Positions 36,234 through 49,205 of a stretch of DNA of 64,000 nt are shown here, one piece after another. This DNA comes from Paraphysomonas bandaiensis (taxonomy: Eukaryota > Protista > Chrysophyceae). Every line of letters begins with the position of its first letter. The stretch's first letter is position 1. A program made the translations under genes and the position numbers. The stretch is from assembly GCA_965644295.1 (NCBI GenBank), contig CBFFRP010000324.1:288261-352260 (forward strand), written 5' to 3'. The notes below the pieces were generated by a model, which was given only the letters and a program-made list of their open reading frames with translations, had not been told where the DNA came from and made no database searches.

Positions 36234-39230
36234 ATGCAAAGGTAATGAGATTATTCATGCATAACTATAATCCCATTGATTGATTCATATCAGAGCAATG
36301 AAGAAGAAACAAGCTGGCAATGATGCCAAATTTTTTACTACAAATCGTAAAGGAGAAAATCATGAATTACGTGAAGAACTCAGAAATCCTGCACGTGATC
36401 GTAAGAGAGATGCAGTGAAGAAGGTTATTGCCAATATGACTGTTGGGAAAGATGTGTCGACTCTCTTTACTGATGTGGTGAACTGCATTCAAACAGGTCA
36501 TATGCTTCTGTGTGTTCGTTTATTATATCATTTTCTTTTACAGATAATCTTGAATTGAAGAAACTGGTTTATCTGTACCTTATTAACTATGCCAAGTCCC
36601 AACCAGATCTCGCAATGCTTGCTGTCAACACCTTCGTAAAGGATGCCAATGACCCGGTTAGTATCTCACCAATGCACCTTTCCCTTTGTATTTCTAATGC
36701 TCCGTACAATAGAATCCACTGATTCGCGCTCTCGCAATCCGTACCATGGGCTGCATCCGTGTGTCGACGATTACCGAGTATCTCTGTGAACCCCTCAGCC
36801 GCTGCCTTCGTGACGAGGATCCATACGTGCGAAAAACCGCTGCTGTTTGTGTGGCTAAGCTTTACGATATTTCTCCCGAACTTGTTGAAGACAGAGGCTT
36901 TTTGGATGTTCTTCGTGACCTTATATGTGACGCCAACCCGACTGTGGTCGCTAACGCTGTGGCCGCCCTCAACGAGATTGCAGACAACTCTGGAAAGGAT
37001 GTGATGATGATTACCGCCGCTGTCCTACAGAAGTTGTTGGCAGCCCTCAATGAGTGCACTGAATGGGGACAGGTGTTCATTCTGGACTCCCTGGCCAAGT
37101 ATATCCCACAAGATGGTCGTGAGGCGGAGGGAATCATTGAGCGTGTCTCACCTCGTCTGCAGCACGCGAACTCCGCCGTAGTCATGTCCGCTGTGAAAGT
37201 TATCCTCAAGTACATGGATTCGGTCACCAACCAGGAGACCACGCGCGCGCTTACTCGAAAGCTTGCAGCCCCCTTGGTCACTCTACTTAACTCTGAGCCC
37301 GAGCTGCAGTATGTAGCATTGAGGAATATTAACTTAGTTGTACAGAAGAGGCCACGCATCTTGGAGCACGAGATTAAGGTTTTCTTCTGCAAGTACAACG
37401 ATCCTATTTATGTCAAGATGGAGAAGTTGGAGATCATTATTCGACTAGCTTCTGAGCGCAACATTGACCAGGTTCTTCTGGAGTTTAAGGAGTATGCCAC
37501 TGAAGTAGATGTGGAATTTGTACGCAGAGCTGTTCGTGCTATCGGCAGATGCGCTATCAAGCTTGAGAGGGCCGCAGAGCGATGCATTAACGTGCTATTG
37601 GATCTTATCCAAACTAAAGTGAACTATGTTGTCCAGGAGGCAATCGTGGTAATCAAGGATATATTCCGCAAGTACCCAAATAGGTACGAGACTATCATTG
37701 CAACATTATGCGAGAACTTAGAGGAACTCGATGAGCCCGATGCGAAGGCCTCCATGGTCTGGATCATTGGTGAATACAATGAGCTCATTGAAAATGCCGA
37801 CGAATTGCTTGAGAGCTTTTTAGAAACTTTCCACGACGAGACTGCTCAGGTTCAGCTCCAGCTTCTGACCGCCACGGTGAAGCTCTTCTTGAAGCAGCCC
37901 GATACAACCCAGGACATGGTGCAACGCGTGCTCTCAATGGCCACCGAAGACAGTGACAACCCCGATCTGAGAGACAGAGGCTACGTGTACTGGCGCCTGT
38001 TGTCTAGTGACCCGGAGGCGGCTCGAGCAGTTGTGCTCAGTGAGAAACCTGAAATTGCTGACGACACTTTCTCACTTGAGCCGACCTTGCTCGAGGATTT
38101 AATGAGTCAACTTGCTACTCTCTCCTCCATTTACCACAAACCTCCTGAGGCATTTGTAATGAAATCCCTCGCCCAGGTTGGTGGAGATGAAGAGGAAGAC
38201 TATGAAGAGGAAGAGGCGATTGAAGGGGCACCACAGGAATTCGATTCCCCGGCCAGTGGATCTGCCCCTGCAGCTCCCGCTCCCGCTGCTCCTGCCGCAT
38301 CAAGTGGTGGAGATTTGCTGGACTTCCTCGGAGACGATCCAGCTCCTGCGCCAGCTGCAAGCGGTGGAGGAGGGTTTGATATGCTTGGTGATCTTTCATC
38401 TCCTGCCGCCCCTAGCAAACCGACCATTGTTACATCAGATGTTGGTCACGGAGTGTTCATTAACGGTAGCATGACAAAAATAAACGGCCAGTTTTGTCTG
38501 GACTTGGAGGTCGGAAACACATCTTCCACGCCATTGCAGTCGCTTGCTGTACAGTTTAATAAGAACACTTTCGGTATATGTACCACGCACCCCACTATGA
38601 ACCTGCCGTCACCGATATCTAATGGCAGGTACGCGAATGATACTCCTGTACCTTATCTCTGTGTTAAAAATGGTTTGCAGCTCTGTGCCGGTTCAGTATA
38701 ATCTGGCATGCTCACCTCAGATGGTCAACCCTTCTGAGGCCTCTCTTAAACTGCAGGCCGCTATTAAGAACCCTGTCACAAACGCTGTCTTCTACTTCAC
38801 CATTCCCATCAACATGGAATGTCTGATGGCACAGACTCCTGCTATGGATATCAATACGTTGGTCGCGCAGTGGAAGAGTATCGATGACAGTTTGGAGGTC
38901 TCTGTTGTTGTGAATGGTGAGTAGGATTAGTTATATACTTTTATATTCCTCCTGTTAACTGGATATGATTTAGATCTACCCACCGTTGATATCGAGGCTA
39001 TTAAGTCAAAGCTTGCTGCCCACAGCATTGCATTCGTTGCACAGAGAGAGGTGCCTGGACAGGAAGGCCAAAGTGTGGTGTACTTCTCTTGCAAAACAGT
39101 AACCAATGCGTCATTTTTAGTTGAATTGAAGTTCAAACGTGGTATGAATGTCTCGAAAGTTACAGTGAAATCTCCCAGCAAGGCGCTTTCGGAATTATGC
39201 AAGATTACTGTTGCCAAACTGATTGCTTGA
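36234..39230 (+). CDS. AP1B1: AP-1/AP-2 complex beta subunit (beta-adaptin), multi-exon
   Basis: [74 protein letters not shown], a hinge with a DLLDF clathrin box, and appendage domains. Confidence 0.95.
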
Positions 39231-39886
39231 ACAATAAATGTGCAACGGTTTCTGTGATTTAATGGCATATTGGCCGTAGAAACTCTGGCGCAGTGTGAAG
39301 TACTGATAATAATTATTTTACGTACAAAATATCGTGCTGTCTTTACTAAATTTGTAGCATTAACATGTAGTTCGGGACATCTTTCTCCTTGTATAGTTTG
39401 CTTACGCAATGCATTGCACCATCAATTACTCTTCAAGACGACATTAAATATGAAATAAACTGTTTCTTACTTTATTCTACAGGTTGAAATGACTCTTATC
39501 CTTTTATAATTGACCATTCATTAGTAACTGCAAGTTAATATTTAATATCAATCAAATAAGCAGTAAAGTGAGAGTATACAAGACTGTAAGGTATACACAT
39601 AGTAAAAGCATATGTATCGCTTTATAAGCGTCACTGTTCATGCATCTGATAAGAAGCGAATGCAAATATTTCAAGCAGAAGTTTACATTGCCACAATTAC
39701 GACTCTATGGTACCTACACTGAATACTCATAGAAATTAGTCAGCTAGTGAGAATTATTAATGAAATTGGATATATTACTAGTAGGGTTCATATGGTGTAC
39801 TACATATCCAGTGTTGCATCCTATAGTGTGTAGTCTACAGTCTAACAGCTGCACTCTGATGTGGTGTAGTTATAACTCTATCCGTA

Positions 39887-41913
39887 ATGTATGATGAGAT
39901 GCATGTTTCGGCTTATCGGCGAATGATTTGTAGGACACTACTATCAGATGTAAGCATTCTGCAATTGACTGTTAGATGCATGTGCATGATGTCCATAAGA
40001 TACACATCCATGTACATACACTGTATGTATGTATGTATGTATGTATGTATGTATGTATGTATGTATGTATGTATGTATGTATGTATGTATGTATGTATGT
40101 ATGTATGTATGTATGTATGTATGTATACCGGTATACCTATCTATGTATTCTATGTATGTTTTACAATCCTACAGCACGGTATTTGGTGTACTTCCTGCTG
40201 ATCAGGCCGATCACTATCTTTGTACACGCACCTTCACCCAACGACATCGTGTCCACCTCTCTATTCTTCTCCAGGATTTCAAGTCTCCTCATGGAACATG
40301 GAATGCTCGGAGTCATCACGTATCGACTAGTCTGTCAGGTCACATTGATCATAACCTACAGAGAATCTTCATACTACACTCACACTTCATTTCGTCATTG
40401 AATAAAGTGAAGTCATGCTGTATGTACTCTACCGGTCAATCAATTCTACTTCTTTCTTCACGCTTATATATATACATATACAGTACATAGTCATATAGTA
40501 CATGGGTATATCTTCGTGTAGTACAGTATGCGTACATGTCCATATCAGCCCCTCATCTCTCCATATAACCATACCAACACATACATATATACATATATAC
40601 ATATAGATCAAATAAACTATGACCAAATTTGCTCAAAGTGGAGTATTAAGTAACATCTTACTCGTAGAAGCCTGTGAAGACCTCTATGACACAGCAATGT
40701 GGAGTTCTATCCTTGAAACAGTGGTATCTGGTCTCCTGAATATCACGAAACTATCTGATGTATCAATGGTAAGAACCCCTCTATATCCCCTCTATTACTG
40801 ATCTATCTACATTGGTTTTAGTGTGCAAGACTGGCAGTATGTATAGTTGTTGTTGGGAGTCAACGGCGAGACATATTCAGCACAGTGTTTAGTATGATGA
40901 GGTATACATGTACTAGTATTGTATATACTACTGTCGTTATACTGATATATAAGTGAGTGGGAGAGTATAGGAGGACCATTCTGGGTAATTCAGGTTATAT
41001 GGTTACAATTCATTTCATTCTCTGATTATGGTAATACAGGAAGAGTTGCTGCGTCATGCTGCTATTTATATATATCGCAATGCAATACGATGTCACCGAA
41101 AGCGCATGGAGGCAATACGGGAAGCAGAGGCTCAAACAGCAGCCTTATTTCAAGACGCAGAGGAAATTGCGACGCAACAGCTATCATCTACTACGAGAAC
41201 ATTGGTTATCGAATGTATTGAACGTTTGCGTGAAGAATTCGGTAGTTTGCTCTTCCGTTTAGCTTGTCCAGAAACGTATCCTATGATGGTAAGAATGTCA
41301 ATCATTGATGTGTGTAATAACAATCATTCAGGATGTAGTAGATGAATACGCTGCAACATATCCACTGGACGCATTTTGCACCTGGTATGTTACCTGGGCA
41401 CAAAATGTGCTTAAAACTTGCCTACAAGACGAAGTTTTTTGGAAAGAGAGTGTCAGGGATAAGACCGACTATGCTTCTGTTCGCAATGGATTTGATATTC
41501 AATCGCCTTCTACCGCCACAATTAGTTTTGCACCTGTCAATGAAGCAGAAACTCCTCCTCAGATACTAAACTCACCAACGAAACAAGCTGGAGTGATTAA
41601 AAAATGTCTCAAGCAGAAGTCGTCGAGGAAAGAGAATCCGAAGGGAAATAAGGACCACAATCGATCTGGTATCCCATCAACTTCTATCACCAGCAAAACT
41701 TTAACACCTAGCCAAATTACCGCAGTCTCTTCTCCGAAGTGTGATTCATCTAAAACTAAATATACAAAAAAGATTAAGGAAAACGTGAGATTACACCACG
41801 ACCCCCCTATTCGCTTTCCTGTGGTCGCCTCTCCGCCCCATTCCCCTTCTCCCCGCCCACTTTCTATCGGTCATGAGATATGGAGGGTATTTTCTCCACT
41901 AGATATTGTTTAA
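39887..41913 (+). CDS. Unknown multi-exon protein (5' end uncertain)
   Basis: A chain of short exons with canonical GT-AG introns (near 40769-40821, 40882-40933, 40985-41039, 41289-41331) leads in frame into the 202-aa terminal ORF. Confidence 0.55.
40023..40125. repeat. (GTAT)n microsatellite, ~25 units, probably intronic
   Basis: Perfect tetranucleotide run. Confidence 0.95.
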
Positions 41914-42444
41914 CACTGATTCGTGAGATACTGTGGTACACAATCAGATGTGACGTATTATCTATCAAATGATGAGTCACAAAATTGTGCAGTATTACGT
42001 AGTTACTAATTATGACTATTTCTTAGCAAATGCATCGGTATTTGAATTTTTTATTAGTCGCATATATTAATGTTCTACTTGTTGATATGGCCTGGCAATA
42101 TACATGCGATTCTATTTTCCTTCATCAGTCCTACAGAGATAATATAAATAATGGATATAGGTATTTAGTATTCGTACGCCTAGTTGAATAACCCTAGAGA
42201 TGTTATTGAAGTACGTCTGAATACTTTGTGCATTTTACACACGTAAAATATCGGATTGCCTTCTTTCAATAATATGTACATTGTCTAGCAGATCAACAGA
42301 TCGTTATGTTACAAAGAATCTAATATAGTTTGCAACCCACATAGTTCGTGAATGGGAAAATTCTGTCACCGAGGGTTCGAAGTATAGGGGTACCCTAATG
42401 GCCTCTGTCTTTGATATCTCAATATCACAAAATTCTCCATATAC

Positions 42445-44437
42445 CTATGACCACGCTTCTACACAAAATCGTTTTTCAATCTCCATTTTATGGAGAAAAC
42501 GTTCAGCTGCTGTGTCTGTAAGACGAGGTTCACTATGACAAGTAATAACCTCCACTAATGCTTTGCGAACATCTCCTGGCATTTTAGTAGCGGCGGAGCC
42601 AGCTATATATATCCGTGCCGTTGGCTAGAGATAGCAATTTAAGCTTCGTAACAAATATAAAACCACATAGCGCCTACCTTGTTAATTAGTTCCCATATCC
42701 GTGGTCCCTGGGATTTAATAATGTGTGTAACATAGATTCCAGAGTTGGGGCCTTTTCTTGAAAACGCCGTCAGAACTTCCACCTGCGGAGTGGCAGAATC
42801 GCCCTCACTCGTATTTCTAAACTTGTGCGACAGCGCCTCCCACTCTTCTCTGTAAAGAAAATCATCCGCTTCACTGCGGCATCCAAATAAAAGCAGTGTA
42901 GGGGCAAGCGTAGGTGTGGGACACGGGGGTGTAGGGGGAGTTATACCTGCAGGCGGCGGGGGTAGTGCGGAGGAACAACTCCTCTCTTGTAGGAAAGCTC
43001 TCATGGGTGCAACTCCTGTACCAGGCCCAACCAGTAACAACGGATCAGAATCCAGGGGTGAGGGGAAAGAACCACGCCGCACAAAACAGAGTAGAGTATC
43101 ACCAGGAGACAGTTGCGATAGGAATAGCGAACACACACCCTGTCTTTTGCGGCGTAGAGGTGTTACATATTCAACAAGGGCGACGCACAAATGAACTTCT
43201 CCAGGATAGCAGTGAGGTAGGCCAGATGATGCAATGGAATAGTGCCTAGGAAGAAGAGGAGGAACTAGCTCAATCAATCGCTCCAAAGGTAACACACAGC
43301 TCTTGAATTCAGATAAAATCTCAATACATCCCCGTCTTTCACGTGTACAATAGTCATGAAAAAGGTCCGCCCCCTCAGCAGAAGACAGTTCTTCTAATTT
43401 TTCTTTTTCCTCCTCGTCGGAGGCAAATAGCGAGAGTGACTCGAAGAAGCTGCGCTGGGGAGTTGCAGTGATGTCCAAGTGGTGAGAAAACAAATCGCGA
43501 AGAGTGCAGGAGATATCGCCTAGTCTATTCCGACGACAGTTAGTGTGTACTAAACGGCGCACTTTTACTACGGCATCAGCAGACCACTGCTTATTATACA
43601 TATCAAGTGCCATTGAGACCACAGCAGGAGGGTTGCTTGGGTGTACGATTAGCACATCCCCTGCTTGGTGGGAAGGTGACGGCGATTCACTGGGCAGACG
43701 CAAACCGAGATGAAACACATTCTGTTGCCAATTGGGAGTAGTAAGACGAGTATTTGCTGTCACCACAGCTTCCATAGCATCTGGCGTAGTCATCTTGTAA
43801 CCATTCAGTGGGGTAATTGACCGTTTAAAGGAAATGTCTTCCTTACAATCGTCGGGACTAACTACAGTCACATCGTATTGCGCAGGCTCAACAGCAAGAG
43901 GAGCTGGCTCCGTATTACCGGGACACAAAATGTTTAGTAAAGCATTCATCCACGGATCTAATGCAGAGAGATAACCATATCCTGCTTGGTCATCACCGAG
44001 CCCAATATCTAGGGCCGGGGTTCCACCTAACTGCTTCAATCTCATTTGCAATTTCCTAAAGACAATGCATAATTTCGGTTTCATTATATTAAAAGAGTTC
44101 ATAAACACCTGGCAACAGCATTAAATTTATCATATCCAGAATCGCCCAATCCAAACACAGCAAACTGCATTCCACTGAGAGCATCTTTAGGCAAACTCTT
44201 TCTAAGTAAAAACCTCCAGAATTGTCTCATAGTAGATGGAGCCTCACCATCACCTGTTGTTGATACGACAAATATAACAAATCTCTCTGTTGGAAGTACA
44301 CTAATATCATAGTCCTCCATACAGGATATAGAGCAGTCTACATGACATCTGTGTAAGACAGATGATATTTTAAAGGCTACATCTTCTGCTGTGCCAGTTT
44401 CTGATCCATATAGAATTTTAGGGTGTGATATATCCAT
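42445..44437 (-). CDS. NDOR1: NADPH-dependent diflavin oxidoreductase 1 (NDOR1/Tah18), 3 exons
   Basis: Flavodoxin motifs ILYGSETGTAEDVA, STTGDG and FGLGDSGYDKFN; FAD-binding RHYSIASS and GVCS; NADP-binding GPGTGVAPMR and FGCR; C-terminal EAWS. Confidence 0.93.
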
Positions 44438-44979
44438 ATGAGTGATGACTCGCTGATGATTATATGATGCAGTGCTGTGTGATGGTATCTAGATAGCTAC
44501 TGGGTGCATGTATGTGTATGGTATATAGTTATGTGTGTGGTAACTTCATCATGTATATGAAGTAGAAGTAACTCAATACAACCTCATTGGGCCCATGCAT
44601 TTTATAGAACAAAAAATACACTGTATTCTGTCGGTATTTTGGTATGTACATCATATATATACGCACACACATACACATACTGCAGTATATACTGCTGTAC
44701 ATATACATACATATAGCATATAGCAGATTACAGTACACCATTTTCACAGATAGATATATACACATACACTTCTATATATATGTAGATACATACATGTACA
44801 ATAACCCAATAGATAGATTGCTGTACATATATCCACTTCATTCAAAATGACTATTGCATGAAGAGTTCAACAGTTTCTATCAGTAGAAGTCCTTATCTCT
44901 CATAGAATACAAGCACGTGATAGTCTTCTTCTATTAGGCTGTTAATAGATTGAGTGGTTAGAGTAACGAGTCTATCACT

Positions 44980-46101
44980 ATGAATAATATACTGTTCGTA
45001 GTAGTGTTTTTAATGACTATAATTGAATGTTGTATGGGACAGAATGCATCTGTGGGTGCATGGATGGAGAGGAAGAGTATAACTAAAGCAAAGAAATTAC
45101 AATCACTGGTGGAACGAGTGGAAAGAGAGCATGGTATACCAGCTAACCTCACACGAGAGTCATGGTCTGCTCCCCATAGACCGAATAGTCGATTTGCAAT
45201 ATTTACTGTGGGGATGCAGCATAACTTAAGACCTAGAGAAGTTAAGATGTTTCTTGGGACGGCTCGTAAAGCAGGCTTTGACGATGATATTGTAGTTGCC
45301 GTCTATCCTGAAATGGACCAAGACACGAAAAACGAGTTAAAATTAAAAAATGCTGTGGTTTATGCTGTATCCGCTGCATGCGGCGGCCAAAGCCCAAAAT
45401 TTTTTTGTAGTTTTACACACTTGGGAACTAACAGTATGCCTGTGGCGATGCTTCGGTTCTATCTTTACCAGTGGTGGGCGCAATTGTACTCATCGAATAC
45501 CGTCATCATGGTAGCAGATTTTCGGGATGTTTTTTTCCAGATGCACCCGTTTTATTACAAGTATCCAGAGTGGCGACCACCCGCTGTACAACTAACTGTC
45601 TTTCAAGAATTCCATCCGAATAAGGTGATTTCCCGGTGCGGACACAACCGACGATGGATCAGAAACTGCTACGGAGAGGAAGGCCTTGCAAAGATCGAAA
45701 CGAATACTGTAATATGCTCTGGCATAACCATAGGTACAAGGGACGCGTTGATAGGGTATACGAACTTGATGACACGGCAGCTCAATCCTCGCGTGCGATA
45801 CAAGAGCGGCCCCCCAGATAGCGACGCAAACAACGAAAAATGTTTCTTCGAGGGTATGGATCAAGGACTGCACAACTGGCTTGTATACACAGGTTTACTC
45901 GATATGTATATGAATGTGAAAATATACCAGCAGGGTGAGGGTCCTGTAAATACCCTAGGTGCCTTTTTCGGTAAGAATGCGTTGCTCAAGCGTTCACTAA
46001 GGGATTGGGGAATGATCAAGGGAGAAGCCCCACAGGCGTATATCTACAATTGGAACGGGGAGAAGTCCCCTGTAGTACACCAGTTGGACAGATTCTTGTG
46101 A
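44980..46101 (+). CDS. Secretory-pathway DxD glycosyltransferase-like protein
   Basis: Signal peptide/anchor, ADFRDVFFQ, ICSGITIG, DQGLHN and VVHQLDR. Single exon, 373 aa. Confidence 0.7.
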   Translation: MNNILFVVVFLMTIIECCMGQNASVGAWMERKSITKAKKLQSLVERVEREHGIPANLTRESWSAPHRPNSRFAIFTVGMQHNLRPREVKMFLGTARKAGFDDDIVVAVYPEMDQDTKNELKLKNAVVYAVSAACGGQSPKFFCSFTHLGTNSMPVAMLRFYLYQWWAQLYSSNTVIMVADFRDVFFQMHPFYYKYPEWRPPAVQLTVFQEFHPNKVISRCGHNRRWIRNCYGEEGLAKIETNTVICSGITIGTRDALIGYTNLMTRQLNPRVRYKSGPPDSDANNEKCFFEGMDQGLHNWLVYTGLLDMYMNVKIYQQGEGPVNTLGAFFGKNALLKRSLRDWGMIKGEAPQAYIYNWNGEKSPVVHQLDRFL

Positions 46102-46862
46102 GTTTAGTATCTAGTTTTGATATATAGGTATGACGATTGTTTCTTTCAGGGAATCCGATATCAAAGGGGGATATGCTGCCGTTTTGGGGGCTATGCAGGG
46201 GGTGGTTGGGTAGACCCCACTCTTATTCATTTACATTTTGTAGATAGTACAATACTAACATGATCGTCATCCGGCTGGATACTTTCAATTAACGTAAGCT
46301 GAAACTTAAATTTGTGGCAATGTCCTTTAGCTACAATTTCGTAAGCTGTATTTTAAATTTTAAACTCCATTTACTATATTTGATGCACGTCAATGCTGGA
46401 ATACTACTATAGTCAGCTAATCGACTATTTGACGCCATACTGGCTTTAGGCATCACATATATCATGCTTTTTAATTTTTATATATCGTGTTACGAATAAC
46501 TTCCCAAGTTTTCAGATCAGCTGCATGAGATTTGCAGTTTAGTTATTTTTCATTTTATATTGCTGAGCCGATTATCTATTTCCAACGCCGCTACTCTAGG
46601 TTCTTCTCCTACTTTAGAATAATAGGTACTGGCTATGCGGCTATGCTATTAAAATTTGAAAATATAGTGTATTGCAGAACATTTCGAAGTCTTATTAAAT
46701 TAGTAATCGCCTTTTAAAGACAGTGCTCATAAAAACACCGGTGACGCACCAATTTAAATTGAAATAAGGTGAATAGTGATGCATGCGAATGAGGGAAATG
46801 TGAATGATAAAAATGTACTTGGTAAACTGGGGCAGTGATATATGATCATCTGCGCCATACTT

Positions 46863-48430
46863 CTAAACTTTATTTGGACTCGATGTCGAGCCGTAAGAAC
46901 GAACAGACATCGACTGCAAGCTACTCGATTGTTTAATAGCTTTCTCAGGACTTTTGCTATGTGTGGACAGCTCATCAAAATCCACAACGAGAAACAGTTC
47001 GTTGATGCGCTCTAGAGATACGCCTTGTGTTTCTGGGATGAATTCATACATAAACAGTAAGCTGGACAACGTAATTCCAAGAAACAACAAGAAGTATCCC
47101 TTGTATGAAAGCATAGCAGTCATTGTAAGAAATGATCCAGACACTGCAGTCGCTGTGAGGCGGTTGATGAAAGTTGTTACAGACACAGCTTTGGCTCTAA
47201 CGTGCAGAGGAAATACCTCAGCACACACTACCCAAGTAGCCGGTCCTACCCCGAGAGAATATGAAACAACGTAGAGAACAAGTGCAGTGACAGCCCAGAA
47301 CGGACCTACGTGGAAAGGGCGGTGAAAAACAAGTACCAACAAAAACATGGAGAGCAGCATTCCCCCTGCGGAAGAAAGAAGTAAACTCTTTCGGCCAATA
47401 TTAGGATGATCCAAAGCATAACCAATGGCAAAGACGGTGATAAGCTTGCTGATGCCAAAAAACACCAACAATAAGCTCTGATCTTGCTGAATTCCAGCCG
47501 CCTCAAGTATGAACACAAAGTAAGAGGTGATTGCCTCTATGCCTGAGAGCTGCTGGATCATCGCCATTCCGATTCCAGCTAAAAGTGCACCCTTCATCGA
47601 CGAAGACGGATCATATATGGCCTCCCAACTAGTGTTTCCACTGCCCTCATCATCCACCCCCTCCACTTCCAATGCGTCCTGAATCTCCTCTACAATAGGA
47701 TCCACATCAACTTCGTCGTGGTAAATATTCGTCAGTACTCCGTGAGCCATTTTTATACTGTCATTGCGTACTAGCCATCTCGGGCTCTCTGGCATGAAAA
47801 ACAGGCATATCAGAAGAATGGCTGGCATAATACTTCCTAGTCCTAACATCACTCTCCACCCTTCTGTAATAGGCATATCCTCCAGCACATAACCCGCGAG
47901 GAATCCCAACACGATACCAACATTGGTGGCAAGCTCTGTCCACGAAACTAATTTTCCTCTGTAGTCTTCTGGTGCGAGCTCACTAATATACAACGGTCCT
48001 ACAACTGAAAATCACAATGATATAGAAATACCATGCTGTTGTTACCTATAGCAAGGCCAATACCCACTCCAACGCCGGTGCAGAAACGAAAAAACATAAG
48101 GGATGCGTAGTCCCATGACAATCCCATGCCAAGAACACTGAGAACAAATATGACAGCACTGATTGACATACAGCCTTTTCTTCCAAATTTATCAGCCAGA
48201 AAGTGTGAAAGAACAGCCCCAAAAAGAGAAGCTAAATCTATTAAACCTACAAAGAGCTCTAGTTGCACTGGAGATACCTGAACTGATGCATAATCAGGCT
48301 GGCGCAATAGTAATGGACCCACTGCAGATGTAACACCAAGATCATATCCAAGATTACAATTATTAAGTGCTGCAATTGCTGAGACAATAAAAATATAAGG
48401 TTTTGGAGGAAATTCTTCTTGGTCGGCCAT
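46863..48430 (-). CDS. MFS sugar porter family transporter (polyol/inositol-type), 2 exons
   Basis: GYDLG, DKFGRK, YISELAP..RG, PESPRWL, QQLSGI, EVFPLHVRA and PETQG. Intron near 47997-48046. Confidence 0.92.
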
Positions 48431-49205
48431 ATTCGTTAAGTGTTAACTTGTCCAGACCACTAGAGGTGTTACTTATAGAAGGAGATGTGTGATACTAGTA
48501 TAGAGGACTTACAAAAGAAGAAGTCAATATAAATCAACAGCACAAATACAGCGGATGGAGTGCTTGTTACAATGGAGTTATGGAATGTGGATGTCTCTAG
48601 ATGTTATGAGTGTTCGCTGGACACACGCCTCATGTCAATTCAAAGTTGGAATACAGTGATAATAATACACCACCATACATGCATACATACATATACATAC
48701 TGTAGATGATATACTAGTATGTATGTGCTGTATGTAGGTATACTGAGCTGTTGTATATCTTCAAACTGAGAATTCTAACCACACATTTTAGACATCACAA
48801 GCAGCACACACAAACACTGGAACACCATAACACAAAAAAGCAAAATTGGACACAACAGAATACTGCTGTATACAGAGTATATACTGTGGTGCAGTGTACA
48901 GCAGTATACAAGAAGTAACCGCACAGAGCTCTGTATATACAGCAGTACAGTATAGAGGTACGGTATACATACATACAGAGTGTAAGATGTACTCATCTAT
49001 CCTACAGAGTGTATATACAGGCAGATGGACAGGAGTGTATGTATATGTGGAAGGTGCGTTATATCTACCTGGATATGCATATCAGTTCATCGTAGTTATA
49101 GAACGAGAAGAACAGATCAGATATGAGTGAGAAGTAATCACAGTATAGTCTCTTCACATTCAAATCACTGTGAATATATCTGCTAGTGTATATATATGTA
49201 TAAAC

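Noticed and set aside
36759-38474. Alternative-frame and antisense ORFs overlapping conserved genes
   Set aside because: Shadow ORFs of GC-richer coding sequence with no motifs of their own.
46165-46212. G-run cluster (possible G-quadruplex) downstream of the glycosyltransferase-like gene
   Set aside because: Single instance with long loops and no supporting context.
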